From Nitrosopumilaceae archaeon (GTDB lineage: Archaea > Thermoproteota > Nitrososphaeria > Nitrososphaerales > Nitrosopumilaceae), in contig OZ242274.1 in assembly GCA_965207375.1 (NCBI GenBank), positions 928,001 through 992,000 of the forward strand: 64,000 nt of DNA, given 5' to 3'. Made by a program: the position numbers and the translations under genes. This document shows, one piece after another, positions 1 to 10,400 of the stretch. Under the pieces are notes generated by a model that was not told the origin of the DNA, did not search any database, and was given only the letters and a program-made list of their open reading frames with translations. How positions within the stretch are numbered: the stretch's first letter is position 1; each line of letters begins with the position of its first letter.

Positions 1-268
1 CATTTAGAATTCTTGCCAAGTTGATGTCGTTTTGTGTGATTCCATCTGCATCATGAGTCATTAGATCAACTGATAATTTGTTGTACACGTTGAACCATTC
101 TGGATGATGATTCATTTTTTCAATTTCCATAGCAGCCCTAGTCATAAATCCAAATGCCTCATTAAAACTTGAAAAAACAAAGTCTTTGTGCAGTTTTTGG
201 CCTTTTATGGACCATCCGTCTAATGATGATATCTCCCTTTGAATCTCTTGCTCTGATAGTTTTATCAT
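1..268 (-). CDS. Pterin-4-alpha-carbinolamine dehydratase (3' end outside window)
   Basis: Not in ORF track; hand translation MIKLSEQEIQREISSLDGW...FNEAFGFMTRAAMEIEKMNHHPEWFNVYNKLSVDLMTHDADGITQNDINLA has the HHPEW/YNK/THD motifs of the PCD family. Confidence 0.92.
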   Translation of the reverse strand, partial: MIKLSEQEIQREISSLDGWSIKGQKLHKDFVFSSFNEAFGFMTRAAMEIEKMNHHPEWFNVYNKLSVDLMTHDADGITQNDINLARILN

Positions 269-312
269 TATTTTGCAATGTTTTGCAATTTTATAATCAT
301 TTGCAATAATTT

Positions 313-1095
313 TTGTATGGTCTTGACCTGTTGAGTATCATGGATTCAGATATTTGCCTTTTATTGGAGAAAATAACGCTCAATATTGCCTCTACCATAC
401 ATGATAAAAAAATTGGTGTCGCCTTTTCTGGAGGTGTGGATAGCTCCCTGATTGCAAAACTTTGCACTGACATGGATTATGATGTGACCCTGCTTACAGT
501 CGGATTTGCAGATTCTCATGACATAAATTTTGCCAAAGAAATAAACAAAATTTATAATTTAAAGCATGAAATTTTAGAAATACAAAATGATTCGTTTCAA
601 AAAGTCTTTCCAAGAGTTCGCAAAAAAATAGACACAGATAACCTGTCATGGAATGAAAATTCTATAGCGTTTTACTATGTATCTGAACTTGCAAAAAAAT
701 CAGATATTTCAACGGTTGTAACTGCAAATGGGATAGACGAGTTGTTCTGCGGATATAACGCCTATCGAGATGCTTTTGATGGAGGCTCACAGCAAATAAT
801 GAAACTAATGGATTTAAAACTAGAAAACGAGCTTAAAATGATGAGGGCAGTAAATTCTATCTCCTCCGAATTCGGAGTCACTATATGTCAGCCACTATTG
901 TCTTGTGACTTTATCAAATATGCAAAAACCATCCCAATCTCTGAAAAAATTAACGGCCCAGACGATCTCATGCGCAAACACATCATAAGGCGTCTGGCCT
1001 TGCAATGTGGAGTTCCAAAATTAGCTTGTGAGAAAAGAAAAAAGGCACTACAGTATGGCTCCAAAATACACAAGACTCTGTTAAAATCTAGATGA
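313..1095 (+). CDS. Asparagine synthase C-terminal domain protein (PP-loop ATPase, no glutaminase domain)
   Basis: AFSGGVDSS PP-loop, GIDELFCGY, KKALQYGS; alternative ATG at 340. Confidence 0.85.
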   Translation: MYGLDLLSIMDSDICLLLEKITLNIASTIHDKKIGVAFSGGVDSSLIAKLCTDMDYDVTLLTVGFADSHDINFAKEINKIYNLKHEILEIQNDSFQKVFPRVRKKIDTDNLSWNENSIAFYYVSELAKKSDISTVVTANGIDELFCGYNAYRDAFDGGSQQIMKLMDLKLENELKMMRAVNSISSEFGVTICQPLLSCDFIKYAKTIPISEKINGPDDLMRKHIIRRLALQCGVPKLACEKRKKALQYGSKIHKTLLKSR

Positions 1096-2449
1096 ATTTC
1101 TTACAGTTTCTTTGTACAGATTTTTGCACATTAGAAATGATTGCAGGTGCTGCCCCTAGATGATTTTCTGGAACAAATATTGCGCTAATTTCTTTTTCTA
1201 AAAGTTTTGAAGAAATTGCCTTGTCTGTACTGATTGCATTTCTGTAATCTGTTTCGTTATCTTTTGCTGCAAATGCAACTCTTTGAACGTCTCTGTATGC
1301 AATAAATCTGGGCACTCCTTTTTTGATTAATGCCTCTAGGACAAACTCTGCAAAGATCTGTCCCTTTGTGATATACAGGTTTTCTTTTACCCGTTTTTGA
1401 TCAACTAGGAGATTATCTACTATTCTAGTCATGGTTTCTAGCATTTCATCTACTAAAATTGCAGCCGTAGGCAAAACGAATCTCTCATTTGCCGAATTTG
1501 ACAGGTCGCGTTCGTGCCATAATGGAATGTTTTCAAATGTGACTCCTAGTTGACTTCGTAACAATTTTGATAATGATGATACACGTTCGCTTTTGATGGG
1601 ATTTCTTTTTACGGGAACTGCACTACTTCCCATCTGTCCTTTTTTGAATTGTTCTGCTACCTCTCCTATCTCTGTTCTCTGCAGATTTCTAATCTCAACT
1701 GCAATTTTTTCTAGTGTGGCACCAATTAATGCTAATTCAAATATGTATTCAGCATACCTCTCTCTTGGGACTAGCTGCGTTGTGACCTCGGCTGGTTGCA
1801 ATTTTAACTGCTTTGCAACCTTGGCTTGAACTTTGATTGCCTTTGCGCCCATAAGCGAGCCTGTGCCTACAACTCCTAGTATTTTACAAATTAAAACTCT
1901 TTTTTTGATCTCCTCGATTCTTTCTAGGTGCTTTGACATCTCGGCTGCCCAGTTTGCAAATTTTAATCCAAATGAAATTATGCTTGCATGCTGACCATGT
2001 GTCCTGCCTACTGCAGGAAGTGTCTTGTATTTGCCTGCCTTTTCTGCCAAAATTAGCGCAATTTTTGCAACTTTGGGCTCGATTATTTTTAGCGCATCTC
2101 TTATCTGCATAGAGTTGCTTGTATCTACTAGATCGTTGCTAGTTAGCCCAAAGTGTATCCAAGGTCGTGATGAGACCTTGCATTTTTCACTTAATGATTC
2201 AACTAGTGCTGCTGTGTCATGGTCACTTTTTGCTTCTAACTGTTTGATTCGTTTGGCTGTAATTTTTGCAGAATTTGCAGCCTTGAAAATATCTTCTCCT
2301 GCATCTTTTGGAATGATTCCAATTTCACTTTGTGAGATTGCTACTGCGCCTTCAATTTGCAGTTGATAATCTATCTTGCTTTGTTCATCAAAAATTGACA
2401 TCATTTCTTGTGTTCCATATCTTTTACTATCAATGGGTAAAATTGCCAA
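1088..2449 (-). CDS. purB: Adenylosuccinate lyase
   Basis: HFGLTSND, GRTHGQHA, GSSAVPVKRNP signature, LWHERDLSNS. Confidence 0.97.
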   Translation of the reverse strand: MAILPIDSKRYGTQEMMSIFDEQSKIDYQLQIEGAVAISQSEIGIIPKDAGEDIFKAANSAKITAKRIKQLEAKSDHDTAALVESLSEKCKVSSRPWIHFGLTSNDLVDTSNSMQIRDALKIIEPKVAKIALILAEKAGKYKTLPAVGRTHGQHASIISFGLKFANWAAEMSKHLERIEEIKKRVLICKILGVVGTGSLMGAKAIKVQAKVAKQLKLQPAEVTTQLVPRERYAEYIFELALIGATLEKIAVEIRNLQRTEIGEVAEQFKKGQMGSSAVPVKRNPIKSERVSSLSKLLRSQLGVTFENIPLWHERDLSNSANERFVLPTAAILVDEMLETMTRIVDNLLVDQKRVKENLYITKGQIFAEFVLEALIKKGVPRFIAYRDVQRVAFAAKDNETDYRNAISTDKAISSKLLEKEISAIFVPENHLGAAPAIISNVQKSVQRNCKKFI

Positions 2450-2524
2450 TGCCCAAACTGTATTTTTATTGAAAATAAATCTACTTATGGTTTAAATTGC
2501 ATGAGCAGAATCCTTTACCAATCT

Positions 2525-3970
2525 ATGTCTTTTATTCCCAAAAAGGTAGGCCCTACCCAATATGTCATAGAGCCTGATTCTGTCAATAAAATGAGGGTTC
2601 CTGTAAAAATTTACGCAGATGATAATCTGATCTCTAAAATGATGTCAGATAGAACGCTCAAGCAGGCAGCAAATGTTGCATCCATGCCCGGCATTGTAAG
2701 TCACGGCGTAGTTTTACCTGATGGTCATGAAGGCTATGGCTTTCCGGTAGGTGGGGTGGCAGCGATGGATGCCGAAGAGGGAATGATAAGTCCAGGCGGT
2801 GTAGGCTATGATATCAATTGCGGAGTTAGACTGCTTCGAACAAATCTTACAGAAGATGAGCTAAGGCCTAAACTCAAGGATTTGGTTACTGATTTGTTTA
2901 ATTCAATTCCTTCAGGTGTTGGTTCAAAGGGTGCAGTTAAGCTAAATCATTCTCAACTAGACGAGGTTTTGGTTCGCGGCGTTAATTGGGCAATTGATAA
3001 CGGATACGGCTTTTCAGATGATGGCAGCGTCTGTGAAGAGGGTGGACAGATTAAGCAGGCAGATCCTGACAAAGTTTCAGACAGGGCAAAAAAACGTGGA
3101 GCTCCACAACTTGGAAGTTTGGGATCTGGAAATCATTTTCTAGAAATTCAAAAGGTCCAAGAAGTTCATGATGAGGAGGCTGCCGCACAAATGGGTTTAG
3201 AAAAAGGAACTATAACCGTGCTGATTCATTGCGGTTCTCGAGGATTTGGACATCAGGTGTGCAGTGACTATTTACGAATTTCTGAACAATCTATGAAAAA
3301 ATATGGTATTGACCTACCTGACAGGGAATTGGCATGCGTTCCAAATACTTCTGAGGAGGGGCAATCGTACAGAAAAGCAATGTTTGCTGCATTAAATTTT
3401 GCATGGAGTAACAGACAGATGATTACTCACTGGACTAGAAAATCTTTTGAGCGTGTGTTTAATCAAACAGAATCTGATTTGGACATGAAGTTAGTTTATG
3501 ATGTGTCTCATAATATTGCCAAGGTTGAAAAACATAAAATTGATAATCAACATCGCTCTCTAGTGGTACACCGTAAGGGTGCAACACGTGCGTTTCCTGC
3601 AAACAGGGATGAAATCCCACAACGGTACAAAAGTATCGGACAGCCCGTGTTTATTCCAGGCTCTATGGGAACGGCTAGTTGGGTTTTACTTGGACAGCCT
3701 GGTTCGATGAATCTTAGTTTTGGCTCTACTGCACACGGTGCAGGACGTACAATGTCTAGATCCAAAGCCAGACGTGACTATACAGAGCAGGACGTCAAAA
3801 AGTCACTTAATGACAAGGGTATCTATCTCAAGGCACTAACACGTGACGGCGTGGTAGAAGAAACCCCTCAGGCATACAAAGACGTCGATGCAATTGTAAA
3901 TGTGTCTCATGATTTGGGAATAGCAACTAAAGTAGCAAGACTAGTACCGGTCGGTGTGATTAAAGGTTGA
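2525..3970 (+). CDS. rtcB: tRNA-splicing ligase RtcB
   Basis: PDGHEGYGFPVG, GYDINCG, GSGNHFLE, HCGSRG, HRKGATR, HGAGR motifs; ATG 2525 preferred over 2501. Confidence 0.97.
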   Translation: MSFIPKKVGPTQYVIEPDSVNKMRVPVKIYADDNLISKMMSDRTLKQAANVASMPGIVSHGVVLPDGHEGYGFPVGGVAAMDAEEGMISPGGVGYDINCGVRLLRTNLTEDELRPKLKDLVTDLFNSIPSGVGSKGAVKLNHSQLDEVLVRGVNWAIDNGYGFSDDGSVCEEGGQIKQADPDKVSDRAKKRGAPQLGSLGSGNHFLEIQKVQEVHDEEAAAQMGLEKGTITVLIHCGSRGFGHQVCSDYLRISEQSMKKYGIDLPDRELACVPNTSEEGQSYRKAMFAALNFAWSNRQMITHWTRKSFERVFNQTESDLDMKLVYDVSHNIAKVEKHKIDNQHRSLVVHRKGATRAFPANRDEIPQRYKSIGQPVFIPGSMGTASWVLLGQPGSMNLSFGSTAHGAGRTMSRSKARRDYTEQDVKKSLNDKGIYLKALTRDGVVEETPQAYKDVDAIVNVSHDLGIATKVARLVPVGVIKG

Positions 3971-4365
3971 GTGATGATTCAGAATTAGAGATGTTAAAAG
4001 CAAAACGACTTGCAGAAATGCAGAGGAATTTGTCTGATAAACAAACCTCTAAAGAACCTGACAAAGAGCCAAAAAAAGTCAGCCCCCGTCAAATCGTAGT
4101 CAAAAATCTAGGATATCGCGGTATGGAGGTGCTGCAAAATGCAGAATTACAGTTTCCAAACGAGACACAACTTGTAGTACAAAAACTAGCCGAGTTGCTA
4201 TCATCTGGAGAAATCAATGAGCAATTAGATGGTGGAAAACTATTGGCCGTTTTCCGATCGATTGGTCTTAACATTAGAATGCAAACAAAGATTCATGTTG
4301 AAAAAGACGGCAAGTTTGTCTCTTTATCTGATAAACTAGGTTCTGCTAAAACTGATGATGAGTAA
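3967..4365 (+). CDS. PDCD5-like double-stranded DNA-binding protein
   Basis: N-terminal DSELEMLKAKRLAEMQ typical of archaeal PDCD5-related proteins. Confidence 0.7.
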   Translation: MSDDSELEMLKAKRLAEMQRNLSDKQTSKEPDKEPKKVSPRQIVVKNLGYRGMEVLQNAELQFPNETQLVVQKLAELLSSGEINEQLDGGKLLAVFRSIGLNIRMQTKIHVEKDGKFVSLSDKLGSAKTDDE

Positions 4366-4676
4366 TGGCTGTATTTGAGCTGGGAACCATAACATATGCT
4401 GATGATATCATTCAAATCAAAAAGGCGCTGTCTCATTTAGAGACTCGCTGTGGCGTACCTAATTCATATGTGTTGAGCAGGCCTGTTTCAAAGTTTGGCT
4501 GGACCTTTTTTCAAATCGCCATGCAGCCCACACTTGTTGATGGAATTGAAAAAAAATTTGCCGACATGATTTTACAGTATAGAGAAAACAAACCTGAAGA
4601 AAGACTTGTAAAATTTCTGTCTGATTTCTTTGAATCACGGGATTGTAAAATAAGGCTAAAGACAGTAGAGTACTAG
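4365..4676 (+). CDS. Hypothetical protein
   Basis: 103-aa ORF overlapping upstream stop (TAATG). Confidence 0.7.
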   Translation: MAVFELGTITYADDIIQIKKALSHLETRCGVPNSYVLSRPVSKFGWTFFQIAMQPTLVDGIEKKFADMILQYRENKPEERLVKFLSDFFESRDCKIRLKTVEY

Positions 4677-5233
4677 ACCCTTCTTCCCCTTTTGCCACCC
4701 TTCTTTCTTGTAGTGTCGTGTGGTATTGGGGTGACATCGTCGATTCTTCCAATTTTAAAACCGCCTCTTGCTAGGGCCCTAATTGCAGCCTGTGCACCTG
4801 GGCCTGGCACTCTTGAACCAACTCCGCCTACTGCTCTTACTCTTATGTGAAAACCTGTGAAACCTTTTGTATGAGCTGCTTCTACAACCTGATTTGCAGC
4901 CTTCATTGCAGCAAACGGGGATGATTCGTATCTGTCTGCATTGACATGTATTCCACCAGAGCTAATCGAGACTGTTTCGGCACCTGTAAGATCTGTCATG
5001 TGAATAATTGTATTGTTGTAACTGCTGTAAATGTGTGCTATTCCCCATTTTTCTATCTCTGTCTTTTTGGTTTCTTGTGGTTCCTGTGTTTTTTCTACCT
5101 CCTCTTTTTTTGTCTCTTCTTTTATCTCTGATTGGCTTATGGTTTCTGAAACCTCAACTTCTGAGACTTTGGGCTCTTCTGGAACATCGACCTCTTGGGC
5201 CTTTTCCTGTATCTGTACCTCAGTTTCTGACAA
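4673..5233 (-). CDS. rps11: 30S ribosomal protein uS11 with acidic N-terminal extension
   Basis: [46 protein letters not shown]. Confidence 0.97.
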   Translation of the reverse strand: MSETEVQIQEKAQEVDVPEEPKVSEVEVSETISQSEIKEETKKEEVEKTQEPQETKKTEIEKWGIAHIYSSYNNTIIHMTDLTGAETVSISSGGIHVNADRYESSPFAAMKAANQVVEAAHTKGFTGFHIRVRAVGGVGSRVPGPGAQAAIRALARGGFKIGRIDDVTPIPHDTTRKKGGKRGRRV

Positions 5234-5266
5234 TGATTATCAAACTCCAAAGGGGTTTAAAAAACA

Positions 5267-5372
5267 TTCAGAGTCTTGTACGTCTATGTTTGCTGCCTAC
5301 TCTCCAAAGGAGAACGCCTGTATCCATAAAGCCGATATGGAGTACAAAGAACTAACACTCTTCAAGCCTGAA
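5267..5372. ncRNA. Candidate structured intergenic RNA (multibranch)
   Basis: Nested complementary segments TTCAG/CTGAA, GAGT/ACTC, TTGTAC/GTACAA enclosing hairpins TCTCC-AAA-GGAGA and TCCATA-n7-TATGGA; no family recognised. Confidence 0.35.
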
Positions 5373-5411
5373 ACTTGACCAATTGTAGGTATTTCATTAT
5401 GTGAATAACTC

Positions 5412-5440
5412 GTTCGAGCTTTGAACCAATTTTTTTAAAA
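5412..5440 (+). promoter_or_regulatory. Imperfect palindrome GTTCGAGCTTTGAAC just upstream of TATA-like TTTTTAAA
   Basis: GTTC-n7-GAAC at 5412-5426; TATA-like element about 25 nt before ATG 5463. Confidence 0.4.
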
Positions 5441-5462
5441 AACCTCGATTTCATTAATTATC

Positions 5463-5849
5463 ATGTTCAGAGCCGAGTATATCTTGGAGAAAAAATCCAC
5501 ACTATTTGGTCTGGTATTTGTAATAGTGGGCTCTTTGGCATTACCAATTATCACACCACACCTATTTCATGGATATCATTTTTTTCACATTTTACTTCAT
5601 GTGGCAGGAATCACTTTGTCCTCATTTCTTACTGCTATTGCAATAATTGCATTTTACCGATTGCGAACAAAACGTATGATGTTGACGATGATTGCCTTTA
5701 CCGTATTTGCTACTGCAGAGTCTGTTGCTCTAGTTGGCACAACATGGCCCACGTATGATGTTGGAATGATATCTTTATTAGAGGTCGGGCACCTGCTTGT
5801 AATTACCTCAATGGGCCTGCTGGCAATGGGAGTATTTAGAAATGATTAA
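5463..5849 (+). CDS. Small 4-TM membrane protein with intramembrane His residues (putative sensor)
   Basis: Four hydrophobic segments; PHLFHGYHFFHILLH and EVGH; overlaps downstream HTH gene. Confidence 0.75.
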   Translation: MFRAEYILEKKSTLFGLVFVIVGSLALPIITPHLFHGYHFFHILLHVAGITLSSFLTAIAIIAFYRLRTKRMMLTMIAFTVFATAESVALVGTTWPTYDVGMISLLEVGHLLVITSMGLLAMGVFRND

Positions 5850-6345
5850 AGATAGAAAATTACAATTAACTCAAATTATAGAAAAAAACCCAGGCCTTAA
5901 CTTTAGAGACTTGATGAGGAATACTGGAATGAAAAACGGTGTATTGAGTCATCATCTTTCCAATTTAGAAAAGCTCGGTTCTGTATGTGTGGTTCGTGGA
6001 CCAAGACAGTCAAGATTTTATCCGCCAAATTTATCAGAACAAGAATCCAAAATTATCAAGGCCCTAAGACGCCAAACTCCCAAATCGATTATTCAGGCAT
6101 TGATACTACATGATTTACTAGAGTTTAAGTCAATTGTTAATCATACAAAAAAATCCGCATCTACTGTTTCATTGTACCTGTCACAGCTAGTAGATGATGA
6201 AATTGTACGAATAAAAATGTCTGATAGAGTAAAACAGTACTATCTTGATGATAAGAAAACCATAGACAAACTAATTGACGACTATCATCCTGAACTATTG
6301 GACAAACCCACATCTGGATTCGAAGATATTATTAATTCACTTTAG
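5842..6345 (+). CDS. Double winged-helix transcriptional regulator (ArsR-like)
   Basis: IEKNPGLNFRDL...GVLSHHLSNLEK and second HTH KSASTVSLYLSQL. Confidence 0.85.
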   Translation: MIKDRKLQLTQIIEKNPGLNFRDLMRNTGMKNGVLSHHLSNLEKLGSVCVVRGPRQSRFYPPNLSEQESKIIKALRRQTPKSIIQALILHDLLEFKSIVNHTKKSASTVSLYLSQLVDDEIVRIKMSDRVKQYYLDDKKTIDKLIDDYHPELLDKPTSGFEDIINSL

Positions 6346-6356
6346 AAACCATTGTT

Positions 6357-7433
6357 GTGAAGTATTTACTTGTATTTTCTGCTCTAGTGCTGTTTCTACC
6401 TTTGGCCCATGCCGAGGTCAAGATTTCAGACGGCGCGTATGTAAGTTATTTTGATAGCGAGGGAATCTATACTGTAGTAGGAGCCATAAAAAACACGGGA
6501 GATGACTGGATTGTACCCTTCATTACCGTATCATTTGAGGAAACAGAGTTATTTTCCAAAACCTTCTCATTTGTCCCAATTGGGCCAGATTCTGAACAAC
6601 CCTTCAAAGTAAAGTTTCCTCAACACAAACTGTCAAATCCGACTCTTCACGAGCCAAAATTAGAACATAAGGTTGTAACCAAACAAAATCCTCTAGACGT
6701 TGATGTCATTTATGATGATACTCTGATTACCCATTTGGATGGACACAAAACAGGCAGAATTGTAAACAATGGTAACTATACAGTTGACTATCTTAAGGTT
6801 TATGCGCTGATCTATTCTGAAGATGGGAGACTACTTGACATGGGACAAAGTGTTGAAATTTTTCAAAGATTAGGGCCCGGCGAAATTGGAGAATTTACTA
6901 TTTTTCCAGATCCTTCTGTGGCATCAGATGCCTACTATTACAGCTGTTTTGCAGTAGGTGATGCATCTGTAATTGAATACGAGACCCTTAGAAAAGGCGA
7001 TCCTTATTTGTTTCGTTATGATTCAGGCGCATGGTTTGCTTTTGCTACATTTAGTGATGATGGTAGTACATTGACGCTAAAAACACAAAATAGTTTTCCA
7101 TTAGAGATGGGAGCAAATTTAGAATTTCCACAACACTCTGATGATGAAAGCTTTGATGTTTTGCTCAACGGTGTATCTGTAGATGCAAAACAAAGTCTTG
7201 ATGAGATGGGAAACTGGCATGTTGTGTTCACGATGCCTGCATATTCTAGTGGTTTTATAACAATTTCTGGCTTTGAGGACAAAGAGTCAACATCTGCCTT
7301 TGACGAAATTTTATTAGAAACGCCTGTTGATACTGTTTTAATGGAATTTGATGTATCATATCTGTATTATCTGGGAATTATACCTGTAATTGCAGTTGCG
7401 GTAATAGTTATAGCGTACAAGAGAAGATTCTGA
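6357..7433 (+). CDS. Secreted, C-terminally anchored protein with FxLYD-like Ig-type domains
   Basis: Signal peptide ending AHA; VVGAIKNTG and GRIVNNG..VYALIYSEDG..LGPGE patterns; C-terminal TM + KRR. Confidence 0.75.
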   Translation: MKYLLVFSALVLFLPLAHAEVKISDGAYVSYFDSEGIYTVVGAIKNTGDDWIVPFITVSFEETELFSKTFSFVPIGPDSEQPFKVKFPQHKLSNPTLHEPKLEHKVVTKQNPLDVDVIYDDTLITHLDGHKTGRIVNNGNYTVDYLKVYALIYSEDGRLLDMGQSVEIFQRLGPGEIGEFTIFPDPSVASDAYYYSCFAVGDASVIEYETLRKGDPYLFRYDSGAWFAFATFSDDGSTLTLKTQNSFPLEMGANLEFPQHSDDESFDVLLNGVSVDAKQSLDEMGNWHVVFTMPAYSSGFITISGFEDKESTSAFDEILLETPVDTVLMEFDVSYLYYLGIIPVIAVAVIVIAYKRRF

Positions 7434-7440
7434 ACTGTTG

Positions 7441-7459
7441 GTACATTTGTAGAATGTAC
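7441..7459. promoter_or_regulatory. Perfect inverted repeat GTACATT-n5-AATGTAC, candidate operator
   Basis: Lies in the 41-bp gap immediately before the CHRD gene. Confidence 0.4.
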
Positions 7460-7474
7460 TAAGAGTTTCATATA

Positions 7475-10400
7475 GTGTCTGTGAAAATTCGTCTTGTGCA
7501 ACGATTCGGTGGAACTAGCTTCATTTTCTTGGTTATAATCATGGGATTAGGCTCATTTACAATTTTTACTGAAATTCAAACTGATGAAACTAGACACTTT
7601 GAATTTCCTTTAAATTATTTTTCTATACAAAAAGTATGGGGCCACGACGGTGATGGTGATGGAATTGATGATGATACGGGAATACCTGTAATTGATGAGG
7701 CATCAGTTGATCCATTTCCTAGTTCTGGGGATGATTTTCGGGCCACTTTGAATGCTGCTGGAATTATTGGTGCAGGCGGCTCTACAAATAGTACAGGCAC
7801 TGCCACTGCCACATTGCTGTGGAGTGAAAACCAAGAAAGATTGCAATATGAAATTGAATTTTCTGGATTTATCTTAGATTCTAATGGAAACAGCACGCAT
7901 GAAAATGTGACCAAAGTACACATTCATATCGGTGATGTGGATTCTGCTGGACCTCATGCATTAAATATATTTGGTGGACCTGTTCCTGCGACAACTCAGC
8001 CACGCTCTGATGATTTTGATTTTGAATTAAGGTCAGATGATTATGTAATGTATGGAATATGGGGAGACAATGATCAACGAACTACCGGGTTATCTGATGC
8101 AGGTCGAAGCAAACAACTTTCAGATATGAGAGAGGAGTTATGTTCTGAAGATCTATATTTCCAAGTTCATACGAATTGGAATCCGGCAGGTGCAATTCGG
8201 GGCCAAATAGAAAAAACATCTGAATTGTGTGATTTTGATTTGACCACCGATCAATTTTCTAGCATCTTAAATCGTCAAAAGGTTGTAGCAGTAGGTGGAT
8301 CCTCATCTCAAACCGGTACTGGAACTGCTGAATTTCATTTTAATGCAGATCATACCCAGCTATACTATAGAATTCAATTCAACAACATCGATCTTAACGG
8401 TACTACATATGATACTGATGATGACTTGACAAAACTTCACATTCATCAAGGCGATGCAGATGTAGGTCACGGTGATCATGCTCTTAACATCTTTGGATTG
8501 CCTTCTGAGGATGATGTACAGATGGACTTTGATGAAGAGCAGCTAATAATTACTGGAATTTGGGATGATTCTGATGCAGTTTTAACAGGTACTGATGCAG
8601 GACGCTCTCATAAACTATCTGACATGATTGGACAATTATGCTCTGATAACTTGTATCTGCAAGCACATACTGACATTGGAAACATTCGTGGACAAATAGA
8701 ACTGCAAAATCATGATTTGTGTGATTTTGATCCGCTACAAACTGACTTTTACACCGTCATAGACGAATCTCAAATAGGTAGTGGTACCGGAAGCTTGGCA
8801 ACTGGCACTGCAAAATTCAGATTTAATTCACACGGTGATCAGTTACAATATGAAATATCACTGATTGGAATAGATACTGATGATGTTCAAACAATTGATA
8901 CTGCACTTGATGATTTAACTGCAATTCATTTTCATAATGCCCCTGCTGGAAAAAATAGTACTGTACACCTTCTTAATATTTTTGGTCCACCTGCAAGAGA
9001 TGATGACGACTTTGTTTTAACTCCTGGCAATGGAACAATTACTGGAATTTGGGACGATGGTGATGAATCATTTTTGCCTAGTGAAAATGGTCGTACAAAA
9101 ACTCTTACCTCTAGTATAGGTGAACTGTGTGCCGGAAATGTGTACATAAACGTGCATACACAAAGTCATAGTACAGGGGAAATTAGAGGACAAATACTCC
9201 CAACAGATGATAATGTTAGATGTGACTTTGATTTGACTGAGCATGATTTTGTTGCTACACTAACTGAATGCAAAATTGATCTTGCCAACGGCGATATCGC
9301 TAAATGTAGTGAAAATAACGAACACGGTTCTGATGATCACAGTTCTAACGAACACGGTCATCAAAGCAATGATGCTGAAATATCATCTAGTGCTGAAATG
9401 TTCTTGAATGGAGATAAAAGCAAAATGTACTATGTAATTGACTTTGACGGAATGGATGTGACCGGAATGAACACTACCGGAGGTCAATCTATTGATACAC
9501 GAGAAGATGATCTTTATAAAATCCATCTTCATTTTGGGAACGCAACTGAGGTTGGAGGTGCACATGCATTTAATATCTTAAGGCCAAATGGAGATGCCGA
9601 TGACATGCACATTGATAATGGCACCGGTATTGTTACCGGAACTTGGGAGCCTACAGATACTGCAAATAACCCTGCCATAAGACTTGTTGATATATTTGAT
9701 GATCTTTGCAATGAAAATATTTACTTTAACATACACAGCCCCGGAGGAACACACGGTTCGGCAGGAATTATTCGCGGACAAATAGAGCCTGATAGACACA
9801 GTGCCATATGTGACCCTCCATCTGTTCTTAGTGCAACGCTTACAAATTCCACCTCGATTAAGTTTGTATTTTCAACTCCCATCAATTCCACGTCTCTATC
9901 TGTCGATGATTTTACTACATTAGATCTTAATGGAACTGCAATCAGTTCAGTAATTGCTTCTGACTTTGCCAGAAAAGGTATTGTAACTGTAATATTGGAT
10001 TCTCCTGTAAGTTCAGATTATGTTTCTAATGGTTTTGTCAACATTGAATCTACACTTACAAGCGATATAGGAATTGAATTTGATACTGATGCAAACCCCA
10101 TCCCTATATCAAATGCATTATCTGGAGTTCCCTTATCTGTAACTCCTGAAAATTCTAACATCGTTTTGGACCCTTATTCAACCCTTGATCTTATTGTAAT
10201 TCACCATGATGCTACTGCTCCGATACTTGACTTTCGTGGTTTGAGAACTACTGATAACATTACTGTTCCTGGACAAACCAAAATCATCTTCCCCAACGGA
10301 ATTAATACCACGTCTGGTTCTAGACAAAACACTTTGATTGAATTTCCAGACGGTTTAGAAATCACAGGCAATACGGTCAATTTTGATGGTCAATTTGTAT

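Noticed and set aside
2525-3970. Inteins in RtcB (also checked RadA and Top6B)
   Set aside because: RtcB and the RadA core are normal length with contiguous motifs; no intein terminal motifs in any of the three
5286-5378. 30-aa ORF MFAAYSPKENAC... and overlapping ORFs 4946-5378
   Set aside because: No recognisable motif; mostly antisense to rps11; RNA structure explains the region better
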